A DNA stretch of 64,000 bases from Candidatus Calditenuaceae archaeon HR02 (lineage in GTDB: Archaea; Thermoproteota; Nitrososphaeria_A; Caldarchaeales; Calditenuaceae), in assembly GCA_002898395.1 (NCBI GenBank), contig BEHE01000001.1, positions 64,001 through 128,000 on the forward strand. Direction: 5' to 3'. The position numbers and the translations under genes are program-made. The notes beneath the pieces are model-generated. The model was given only the letters and a program-made list of their open reading frames with translations. It made no database searches and was not told the DNA's origin. This document shows positions 50,397 through 59,075 of this stretch, one piece after another (positions within the stretch are counted from its first letter, which is position 1; each line of letters starts with the position of its first letter).

Positions 50397-52496
50397 TTAA
50401 AAGTTTAGCACCCCCTCGTCGCGGTGCTGGATTCCGAGACTATGGGCTATATATCGGATTGTATGTCTTACCTTTAGCCCGGTGAATTGTCCGAGCTGCT
50501 GTGCACAGACGCTGCTCTCAGTCGCAATCTCCATGCATCCTGTTCCCAGTATGATCTCTGCGACTCGGCGGCCTATCTCCGCGCTTATGAGGAATCCTTC
50601 AACACCCCGCCTCATGCCCCAGGTTCCGGCAATACCGCAGCAGCCGTAATCGACGGTAGCCACGTTCAGCCCTATTCTCTTCAGGAGGTCTTCAGACGGC
50701 CTGCCGGGTGATAGGAGTCTCGAGTGGCATGGGTGGTGGTAGAAGACGTAGGTGTTGGGGGACTGTTCGGTGTTAGGTGACAGGGACTTGGCTTCAGTAG
50801 CTATGAGGTTGGTGAGCTCCCACGTAGACTCTGAAACCCGCTGTGAGGAGGGCGTGTTTAGTATCTTTGGATAAGCTTCACGGAGACAGTAAGCGGCTGT
50901 GGGCTCTGAGCAAACGATCCTCACTCCAGCCTCGGCATAGCTCTTCAGCTTCTCGACGTTCTTTTCGGCGACTCTTTTAGCCTTTAAGAGGAAGCCATAT
51001 TGTATGGACGGCATTCCCGAGCCATATGTTCTTGGCACAGCTACTGTGTATCCCAAAGCTTCTAGGACCCTAACCACCAGCAGTCCTATTCCCCAGTCTA
51101 TGTAGGCGGCGAATGTATCTGGGAAGTACACGATATCGGCGTCTCTCCTCCTGAGATACTCCTCCCCTAGAACCTCGTATAGATTGCCGCCCCTGAACCT
51201 GTGCATCAGCCTCCGCCTATCTATGCCTAGTAGGCCCTCCATGAGCCTCCTTGACACCCTACTTCCTTGTAGCCAATTGAAGAGGCGTGGGAGGCGCGAG
51301 CCCAAAACAGCGTAAAACTCATACATTGTCAGCATCCTCTCTCGTAGAGTTTTTCCCGCCGATGCATGCTTAATCCAAGATATGGTTATGGGGATGTCTA
51401 TCTGAACCGGACAGACGTGTAGGCATAGGCTACATGAGACACAGTACTTCGCTATCCCGGATGCGTCTTTGAGACTTTTTGTTATGGCCGTCCATGGAAC
51501 TCCCATCGGTCCCGAGTATATGTCTCCGAAGACGTGGCCACCCAGTATGCGGTAAGTGGGGCAGATGTCTAGGCAGGCGGCACACCTGATGCATCTGAGT
51601 GCATCCTTGAGCCATGGGTCCTGGCTCGCCTCCATGCGCCCATTATCCAGAAGCACCATGTGGTATTCCGGAGTCTTGACGTGTCTTGACATTCCGCGGG
51701 GACCTATAACTGTAATGTAGCTTGTCGTGTCTCTGCCCACTGCGCTGACGGGCAACACCCTCAACACATTAAAGGCGTCATCCCAGGTCTCAACTATCTT
51801 CTCTATACCGGCGATGGAGACGAGTATTCTAGGCATCGCTGTGACAAGCCTCCCGTTCCCCTCGTTAGTTACTAGCACAACCTGCCCCGTCTCGGCAACC
51901 ACAACATTCGCACCCGTAATCCCCATCTCAGCTCTTTTGAAGTCGGACCAGAGGTCTTGTCGGAAAAACCGTGTGATGGCCTCCGGCTGGTGCGGAAGGT
52001 CGGCCCCCTTCTTCTCATTAACCAATCTCGCAATCTCCTCTCGGCTTAGGTGGACTGCTGGAGCGATGATGTGCGAAGGTCTCTGGCCGGCAAGTTGGAC
52101 TATCCTCTCACCTAGGTCCGTTTCGATGACGTCGATTCCTCGGCTAAGCAGCGCGTTGTTAAGGTCTATCTCCTCGGTGGTCATGGACTTTGACTTGATT
52201 ACACACTTGACCCCCCTGCTCTCGGCGAGACTAACTACGTATCTCCGGGCATCCTCTGCTGTTTTAGCAACATAGACGTTTCCACCCTCCCTCTTGACCG
52301 ATTCGACGGTAAGCGCGACTAGCCTCTCAAGGTTCTCGACGGCCCTCCGCCTAGATTCAAAAATGCCTTCTAGGTATCTGTTCTGCAGCCGCGCTATTCC
52401 TTCTCTGCTTTTGAGATGCATGGTTAGCATGCTGCGCCAGCGAGTATCAATCTCCCATTTCTTCTCCAATGCGTCGACGATTCTAGACCTGCTCAT
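50397..52496 (-). CDS. Lactate-utilisation LutB/LldF protein fused to CCG (GlpC/LutA-like) domains
   Basis: KSKSMTTEEI, ETDLGE, PSHIIAPAVH, NEGNGRL, two CxxCxxCxxxCP, C-terminal GCCGIAG. Confidence 0.88.
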   Translation of the reverse strand: MSRSRIVDALEKKWEIDTRWRSMLTMHLKSREGIARLQNRYLEGIFESRRRAVENLERLVALTVESVKREGGNVYVAKTAEDARRYVVSLAESRGVKCVIKSKSMTTEEIDLNNALLSRGIDVIETDLGERIVQLAGQRPSHIIAPAVHLSREEIARLVNEKKGADLPHQPEAITRFFRQDLWSDFKRAEMGITGANVVVAETGQVVLVTNEGNGRLVTAMPRILVSIAGIEKIVETWDDAFNVLRVLPVSAVGRDTTSYITVIGPRGMSRHVKTPEYHMVLLDNGRMEASQDPWLKDALRCIRCAACLDICPTYRILGGHVFGDIYSGPMGVPWTAITKSLKDASGIAKYCVSCSLCLHVCPVQIDIPITISWIKHASAGKTLRERMLTMYEFYAVLGSRLPRLFNWLQGSRVSRRLMEGLLGIDRRRLMHRFRGGNLYEVLGEEYLRRRDADIVYFPDTFAAYIDWGIGLLVVRVLEALGYTVAVPRTYGSGMPSIQYGFLLKAKRVAEKNVEKLKSYAEAGVRIVCSEPTAAYCLREAYPKILNTPSSQRVSESTWELTNLIATEAKSLSPNTEQSPNTYVFYHHPCHSRLLSPGRPSEDLLKRIGLNVATVDYGCCGIAGTWGMRRGVEGFLISAEIGRRVAEIILGTGCMEIATESSVCAQQLGQFTGLKVRHTIRYIAHSLGIQHRDEGVLNF

Positions 52497-53082
52497 CGAG
52501 CTCGATCCCCGCCACTATACAGCCGCATCCAACCGGGCCATGAACACCTATGATGGGTGTCAGCTCGATGTCTGAAGTGCTGCTGGGGCCTGATATTATG
52601 ACTATCCCGCCGGGCCTGGTCTGCCGTATTACGGGAGTGAGCATCCAGTAGTCTTGGAGGATTTCTCCCTCCTCTAAGAGCGCGACAGAGTATTCGGGTA
52701 TCAGTGATGCGAGGTTTGACGCCCAGTTGTCAAATATTACGAGACCCCCTGTCTCCTTTATTCCGGCGTTGGCGCGGAAGACGCCCAGAGAACTGGTTCT
52801 AAGCTCTCCAATCTCAGTCTCCGCATCCCCTATCTCCAGAACCTTGCATCCACTCCTTCCCGTAAACTCGCCTCGAATCTTCTCTGACAGCCCTTTAGAA
52901 AGCCCACCTAAGATGATCCACCTCACACCCCAGCCCGAGGCCCAATCGGTCAACACCGATAATAGAGCTTCTATGCTCCGGACATATGCGACTTGTAACC
53001 CATTCAACTTACACCTCTCCAAGAACTCCTTCACATCGGGTCTCACACCAGCCACTACTAACTCTCCCTCACGACCAACCAT
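52483..53082 (-). CDS. LUD-domain protein (LutC/LldG)
   Basis: ETGG, ISGPSSTSDIE...GVHGP. Confidence 0.88.
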   Translation of the reverse strand: MVGREGELVVAGVRPDVKEFLERCKLNGLQVAYVRSIEALLSVLTDWASGWGVRWIILGGLSKGLSEKIRGEFTGRSGCKVLEIGDAETEIGELRTSSLGVFRANAGIKETGGLVIFDNWASNLASLIPEYSVALLEEGEILQDYWMLTPVIRQTRPGGIVIISGPSSTSDIELTPIIGVHGPVGCGCIVAGIELDEQV

Positions 53083-53282
53083 GCTAGATTAATATCGTTA
53101 ATCTCTCTTTATTTATTTCCGGACGCTCTCAATCCGAGCGTTGTGTATGTCTGTGCTTTTATGCTCTCATACTTTGTTGCTTAATTCATTGGGTTATTGC
53201 CGTTTTCTGAGCCTTGTAGAGGCGATTTTCGAGGGCGGTTTTGCGGTTGGAGGTGCCTTTTATATAAATTTGATAGTGTTCG

Positions 53283-53497
53283 GATAGCGTCCGGATAAGC
53301 ATCTTTGCATGTAATCTTGCTCGACCTGCTCTATATATTTAAAAAGGGTCGACTGATGTCCTTGAGGTCCTCTACGGCGCCCTAGGACGCCCCGCTACCT
53401 TTACTTTCGGGCTTTCCACCACATCTGAAAATACCTGAGACTAAACACTACAACCAAAGCCCGGCCTTTAAAAATACCAGCTTATCCGGGCACTATC
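53283..53497. mobile_element. MITE copy 1 (215 bp, non-coding, 17-18 bp TIRs)
   Basis: GATAGCGTCCGGATAAGC ... GCTTATCCGGGCACTATC; interior homologous to the reverse complement of 56151-56353. Confidence 0.8.
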
Positions 53498-53509
53498 GAT
53501 ATCAGGAAG

Positions 53510-53756
53510 AGCTATGACTATATCTAGTAGACTTGGCCTGGAGTGGTGAAGCAATGTTCCAGTCTTATCATTGAGGCTCCTGACATAGCCCCTACACAGA
53601 TACCTATTCCACACCCGATCATTACTATCCGTGTAATGCCTTTTACTCTAGACCCTACCACAATAACGCCTAGGATTGCATAAGCCATTACGCACTCTAA
53701 ACCATTTTAAAAACCCTAATCAGCTCATCCCTAAGCGAGTCGAGCATCCTGGACAT
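53510..53756 (-). pseudogene. Degraded N-terminal zinc-ribbon fragment of an IS1595/IS1-like transposase
   Basis: Translation gives ..RNGLC.PR.YCG..*..RYLCRGYVRSLNDKTGTLLHHSR, resembling the CPxCG..RYxCxxCxxxFNDKTGTIFH pattern; contains a stop and a frameshift. Confidence 0.5.
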
Positions 53757-53891
53757 GCGAACAGACTATATTATTATATCTATTATATTCGATTATATTC
53801 GCTCATCTCGGCACTGTGAGGGATACTTGTGTACGGAACCACCTTGTGGCATGTGGCTTCCCTCAGTTAACTGAGGCACCCCCCTATCTAT

Positions 53892-53928
53892 TACTATAAA
53901 GGTCCATGACGAATGGACCTTTATAGTA
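53892..53928. repeat. Perfect 16-bp inverted repeat with 5-nt loop
   Basis: TACTATAAAGGTCCAT-GACGA-ATGGACCTTTATAGTA. Confidence 0.9.
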
Positions 53929-53981
53929 TGGATGAAGTAAGTTAACATGATACCCCCGCAACATTACCAGAAAAACCATCT

Positions 53982-54285
53982 TTTTCAACTCACATTTTTG
54001 GGATCAGACGCAGGTAGTGGATTTCAGCGACGCCATAGCCGCAATAATCTTTCAATTCCCTTTTTGGGATCAGACCAGAACAAGAAGTAGAAACAAGCAA
54101 CAACCCCGGCGAACTAGACATCTTTCAATTCCCTTTTTGGGATCAGAATAGCATAAACACCAAATGGCCGGAAATAAGCGCGAGGCTCTCCTTTCAATTC
54201 CCTTTTTGGGATCAGAAGGCGGAAAGGGTCAGGCGCCGTTAGGGGGAAGCCATATATGGTCTTTCAATTCCCTTTTTGGGATCAG
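53982..54285 (-). CRISPR. CRISPR array: 4 identical 25-bp repeats plus 1 degenerate terminal repeat, 4 spacers (41, 48, 44, 45 nt)
   Basis: CTTTCAATTCCCTTTTTGGGATCAG at 54049, 54122, 54191, 54261; degenerate copy 53982-54007; minus-strand repeat ends ATTGAAAG. Confidence 0.95.
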
Positions 54286-54400
54286 TGCTGGGAGTTTTGG
54301 GTTTCTGGTTCGCTTTTGTGCGATTTTTTAGCCGTGGTTTGCGGCGAGTATAGTTAATTGTTGGGACTATTTAATGTTCAACTACAACGCCGTTATACTG
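54286..54400 (-). promoter_or_regulatory. Putative CRISPR leader
   Basis: Low-complexity non-coding tract next to the non-degenerate end of the array, with a TATA-like TTAAATA on the minus strand near 54370. Confidence 0.6.
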
Positions 54401-54479
54401 AATACTGTTCATAGTCCTGGGTAAATCTCTGACCCGCCTTGCTTATAACAAACCCTAGCCAGTTCCTATCCTAAGTAGG

Positions 54480-56015
54480 ATGGACAGCCAGAGCAAGAGG
54501 GGGCTTCTGGTTATCGCCCCGGTTGGAGACCCAACGGCATGGAGACTGGCCGAATACAGAATCGGGGGGAGGAAAGTCAAGAGCTGCTGCTCAGCAACAG
54601 CAATAGTAACAGCTAACACCGAGAAACACCAAAGAGAGAGCAAAACTATCAATATACGCGATAGACTCCCTACCCTGCACACCACTAATACAGAACTGGA
54701 ATCTAAGGCAGAACAGGATCCCGAGAAACGAACTAAAAGAAACGCTGGAGAGACTAATCACAGAAGAGCTTATGAACACGGCTAAACGCTCCAACATAAC
54801 ACTGGTGGAAAAACAGTCCGAAAATACGGTAAGGATAAACAACTGCGAAGTCGCGGTAGAAGCTCATATATCCCAGGAGGCGGGAGAATTCCCAATAAAT
54901 CAAGAAAACCCACCAAAGCTAACGGCTGAGTTCACAGGTGACCCAACCGCAGTATTCTGGAAAATCATCCAAACGCAGTTAAACCAAGAACATCAAAACC
55001 AGAGAATAATCCTAGACCTAACACACGGAATAAACTACGTGCAATCCATGAGCATATACGCGCTGGAGATCCTAAAAACAATAAAGAATCTAAGAGAAAT
55101 AGAGATTAATAACTCCTCACCATACCCAGCCGGCATATACGAAACTGAAATATGCTTCATCAAAACCCAGAAGACAAGACCGCAAAAACTAATGATAGAA
55201 CCAACCCTAAAAGTACTAGACATCACAGCAATAAGCAACATATGGGATCTAGCAAAAACCCTCTCAACCTACATGGTAACAAAAGAAGAGAACACAAACA
55301 TAAGGAAGGCACTACATGAAATACGAAAAGACATGCCCCAGGGCATGCTGGATAACATGCGGCGAATAATCCTAGCCCTGTTTTACCTAAGCCAAGGAAT
55401 AATAACGATAGGATACTATAATCTATGTAGGGTAGACGCCAGAGGGCTGGAAGAAAGTCGCGAAGAATACCTTAGGAGTATAGAGGAGAATGAAATCCTA
55501 TATGAGCGATCGAAGCAGAGCATAAGCTGGTGATAAACTACCAGAAGACTGTGGCATACGCCCACACACTACCAACAATAACAACGGCAATATATAAGGA
55601 GCTGATAAAGATAACAAACATCCCAGCAAAAGTGAAGAGTGAGAAGATAACAGTAGATATGGGCGAGCTTATCAGAACCGTAGAGAAACTAAGCGAGAGA
55701 AACCCAATATACAGTGCGCACCTAACATCCCTAACCTACGAGAAGAAAGAAATACTCGATAAAGTGAAAGAGTTGGGCAAAACCGAATTCAGCATGAGCA
55801 GAAGAGAAGACACGATAATAGTCCACTCACCTGACGGAACAAGGTTAAGCGAGCTAAGCCCAACCGAACGTAAACGTCACTTAATAGCCCACGCAGGAAT
55901 AACATACGAACCCATAACGCACATCAAGATAAACCCACAGACAAAAACAATCAAATTAACAATAGAGCCTCAACAACTAACAGAAGACCCACTAAAAACA
56001 TGGCTCACTAGCTAA
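54480..56015 (+). pseudogene. csx1: Csx1-family CARF-HEPN ribonuclease split into three ORFs (54480-54785, 54772-55533, 55530-56015)
   Basis: APVGDPTAW..AEY (CARF N-terminus), IYAIDSL and ILDLTHGINY in the second frame, HEPN RHLIAHAG in the third; total about 510 codons. Confidence 0.82.
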
Positions 56016-56150
56016 ATCTCCTCCACGATCAGCGACGTCATACGCTCAATCCATATGCTATGCATCGGATCATTATAAAAGAATCACTTTTACTGCATGT
56101 AGATTTGTCCGGATAATGGGATATATTTAAAGGCTTAACGTCTCTTCCGT

Positions 56151-56353
56151 GGTAGTGTCCGGATAAGCTGCTATAATTTAAAGTCGGGGCCTGGTTGTAA
56201 TAATATCGTTTCAGGTGTATCGGAGAGTCTTGAGGTCAAGGTACTGGGCATCCTGGGGCACCGTAGAGGGTCTCAAGGAAATCATTACGGCCCTTTTTAA
56301 TTATACAGAGCAAGCCAAGAAAGATTACTAACAAAGACGTCTTATCCGGACAC
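56151..56353. mobile_element. MITE copy 2, inverted relative to copy 1; right TIR split by the IS110 insertion (remainder TATC at 57530-57533)
   Basis: GGTAGTGTCCGGATAAGC ... CTTATCCGGACAC; joining to 57530 restores CTTATCCGGACACTATC. Confidence 0.82.
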
Positions 56354-56485
56354 CTATGTGGGGCCTACTCCTCTATTTAAGGCAAACACCTATACGCCCT
56401 AACGAAGGGCACTATCCCAACCACGCCACCAGGCCCCACAACCACTATCACGCGCTAAGAAGCGCAGTCCGATACTCGTATCTAG
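56354..56485 (-). ncRNA. Predicted bridge/seek RNA of the IS110 element
   Basis: Two parallel modules T-GCGC-TTCTTA-GCGC-GT-GATAGTG and T-GCCC-TTCGTTA-GGGC-GT-ATAGGTG; the 7-mers equal the target flank and the element's own end; second module enclosed by TGTGGGGCCT/AGGCCCCACA stem. Confidence 0.75.
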
Positions 56486-57478
56486 TTATTGGGCCTGAGC
56501 ATGATTCACGAACGGTCTCCTATCCCTAAGCATCGCGTAGCAGCACCTCAACAACCTCCTAGCCAGCGCTACTATAGCCACCTTCTTACCACGCCTAGCA
56601 GCAATCCTATGATAAGCCCTAGTGAAGTGCGTATCATACTTTACATGGACGTGGGCAGCCTCAACCATAATTCACCTAAGCCACCTAGACCCCTCCCTAG
56701 TTATCCCACCCCTCCTCATCCTTCCACCACTACTCCTCTCTGAAGGAACTAGGCCGGCATAGCTGCATAGATGATCAGCGTCAGGGAACCTAGCGATGTC
56801 ACCGATCTCTGCCTTTATCATCAATGCCGAGTACAATCCAACGCCTGGTATAGTCATGAGAAGCCTAACATCCTCATCACTAGAGTATTCGCCTAGCTCC
56901 CTAGATACAAGACCTATCTCCTAGTTCAAACCCTCCAGCAACCTTAGGTACTGGCCTATAGAAGGTATGCCTAGAGACTCCAGCCAATCCAATCCACTCC
57001 TGGTGAATAGCTTGAAATCCCTAGGAACTTCTATGCCCTCTAGAGCTAGTGTAGCTATTATCCTGTTCTTCAGCCTAGTCCTGATCCTCACCAGGAAGGC
57101 CCTCCTCCTAACAAGCTCCCTAACCCTAGCAACATCACCCTCGGGTATGTAAGACATAGGCAAGGCTCCCAGCCTAGCTAGCTCAGCTAAACATTTAGAA
57201 TCGCTCCTATCACTCTTAAGCCTGTTCTCAGCGATGAGCCTAGTCTTCCTGGGATGGGCAACCATTACGTTCAAACCCATACCCCTAAGCCTACTGTACA
57301 TAGGATAGACGTAGCTAGAAGACTCCATAGCTACTAGAGAGACATTTCTGCTAGAAAGGAACGGGTAGACCTCATCCCTAGGCATCCTCCTAGACTCCAC
57401 TACGTTCCCGAACCAGTCAACCAACGTAGCGTCGCAGCATCTCTTATGAACGTCTAAACCGCAGACTAAGCCGCTCAT
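56486..57478 (-). pseudogene. IS110 recombinase/transposase with two in-frame stops (TAG 56921-23, TGA 56672-74)
   Basis: DEDD residues GLDVH, AMESS, KSDRSD; IPGVG, YAGLVP.ERSSGG, VALARRL; all three ORF pieces are in the same frame. Confidence 0.92.
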
Positions 57479-57533
57479 GGCATGCTCTGAGCGGCCCTTA
57501 GAGTTAAGCCTAACCCCACATCGCATCACTATC

Positions 57534-58020
57534 TAGGCCTAGACCCCTACAAGCGGCCAAGTAATGACTCCCACCATCAGCATATACTGGATGCCTCCCA
57601 AACCTCTTGACAAGCTCCCTCAGGAACCTCTCAACTACCAGCTGGTTCCTAGTCCAAGATAGCCACATACCCAGTATCCTCCTCTCTAATGGCTCATATG
57701 CTATAAAGAACCAAGCACTAGAACCACCTATCCTAACCTCAGTATCATCTATCAGGAATAGTGATACCCTACATCTAGATGCGTAGACATTCCTAAACCC
57801 CTTAAGCCTCTTCTCCCAAAGCCAGACAGAAACATGACTCACCACGACGAAGGCTCTAAAGCCCTAGCCACCCCTCCTAAGACTATTACCCAAATACCTG
57901 AGGTATAATGCATAGAGGACGACAGGCACCGGAGTCCCAGAGACCATCAAGAAAACCCATAAACAAAGAACAAGAAAACCAGGCCATAAACAAAACAATA
58001 AAACCAACTTAACGGACCCC
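57534..58020 (-). mobile_element. Truncated IS6-family element (transposase 5' half, frameshifted)
   Basis: SLRR..VSHVSVWLW...FLIDDTEVRIG...YADGG.HY pattern of archaeal IS6 transposases; truncated exactly at the MITE TIR; possible left end near GGTCCGTTAAGTT (about 58006-58020). Confidence 0.75.
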
Positions 58021-58094
58021 ACTACCTCACCCTAAAGGTTGAAATATCATCACATGTAAATATATATACCCTCCTCGCAGTCAACATATATGCA

Positions 58095-59057
58095 ATGAAG
58101 TTAGGCATTTTTACCGTTCTCTTTAACGAAGAGCCGCTTGAGAAGGTCTTGAGGTATGTGTCAGGGTTGGGGTATGAGGCTGTTGAGCTTGCCGCTTGGC
58201 GTGGAAGTAATCACCTGAACATTGAGAAGGTATTGAATGGTGGTGCACAGGAGGTTAAGAGGCTTGTGGAGAAGTATAACATGACCATTTCAGGTATCTC
58301 CAACCATTTAGAGGGGCAGCTGATACTCGGCCCCCACGACGCCTCGACTGACGCTTTTTTCAAGGGCTCTCCTGAAGAGAAGATCAAGTATGGTATTGAG
58401 AGGATGAAGAAGACGGCTGAGGCTGCGAAGCTGCTGGATGTCAATGTTGTGAACGGGTTTATTGGTTGTCCGAACTGGGGCGCCTGGTATATATTCCCAG
58501 CAGAGTATGAGAGAATTTACGAGGGTTATTTCACCCTCTTCGCGGAGCGTTGGGGGGAGATCTTAGACCATTTCGCAGCCAACGGTGTCAGGTTTGCCCA
58601 CGAGGTACATCCACAAGAGGTTGTATATAACATCGAGACTGCAGAACAGGCAATAAAAGCGGTGAATGGTAAGAGGGAGTTTGGATTCAACTTCGACCCA
58701 AGCCACCTCGTCTGGCAGCTCATAGACCCCGTGGTCTTCATTAAGCGGCTAGGCGACAGAATATACCATAGCCACGCGAAGGACGGCGAGCTTGTGAAGG
58801 AGAACCTGCCTGTCTCCGGCTCCATCCCGACAGGGTCTTGGACAAGGCCGACGAGGGGCTTCCGCTTCAGGATTCCCGGCTGGGGCGACGTCCCGTGGAA
58901 GAGAGTGATCACGGCACTGGCTGAAGTGGGCTACGACCACGTCCTAAGCTATGAGCATGAGGACCCTGTGATGAGTAGGGAGGATGGTGTTGAGAAGACT
59001 GCCGCCTTCCTAAAACCATTACTCATCAAGAAGCGGCTGGAAAAGGTCTGGTGGTAG
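58095..59057 (+). CDS. Sugar phosphate isomerase/epimerase (xylose-isomerase-like TIM barrel)
   Basis: GYEAVEL, AHEVHP, NFDPSHL, HSHAKD, FRIPGWG, SYEHED metal ligands. Confidence 0.9.
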   Translation: MKLGIFTVLFNEEPLEKVLRYVSGLGYEAVELAAWRGSNHLNIEKVLNGGAQEVKRLVEKYNMTISGISNHLEGQLILGPHDASTDAFFKGSPEEKIKYGIERMKKTAEAAKLLDVNVVNGFIGCPNWGAWYIFPAEYERIYEGYFTLFAERWGEILDHFAANGVRFAHEVHPQEVVYNIETAEQAIKAVNGKREFGFNFDPSHLVWQLIDPVVFIKRLGDRIYHSHAKDGELVKENLPVSGSIPTGSWTRPTRGFRFRIPGWGDVPWKRVITALAEVGYDHVLSYEHEDPVMSREDGVEKTAAFLKPLLIKKRLEKVWW

Positions 59058-59075
59058 TCGGGGGAGGAGTTAGGA

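Larger units (their letters stand above)
56351..57529 (-). mobile_element. IS110-family (IS1111-type) element, about 1.18 kb, GTG core at both ends
   Basis: Sub-terminal inverted repeat ATGTGGGG (56356-56363 / 57514-57521), core CAC at 56351-53 and 57527-29, short 5' end and long 3' non-coding end. Confidence 0.88.

Noticed and set aside
50397-52496. LutB-CCG fusion as a novelty
   Set aside because: Fusions of LUD, ferredoxin and CCG domains are an already known architecture
53120-53271. Second CRISPR leader with a single degenerate repeat (CTCTCAATCC..)
   Set aside because: Only compositional resemblance to the leader; repeat similarity too short to support
53272-53497. Replication origin (ORB repeats)
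   Set aside because: Repeats do not match the TTCCAxxGGAA plus G-string ORB pattern, no cdc6/orc gene is adjacent, and they are better explained as TIRs of a two-copy element
54008-54260. Self-targeting spacers
   Set aside because: No match noticed within this window by eye; needs a real search
56672-56923. Pyrrolysine/selenocysteine or stop-codon reassignment in the IS110 ORF
   Set aside because: Two different stop codons, one at an expected Trp; TAG and TGA terminate normal genes throughout the window
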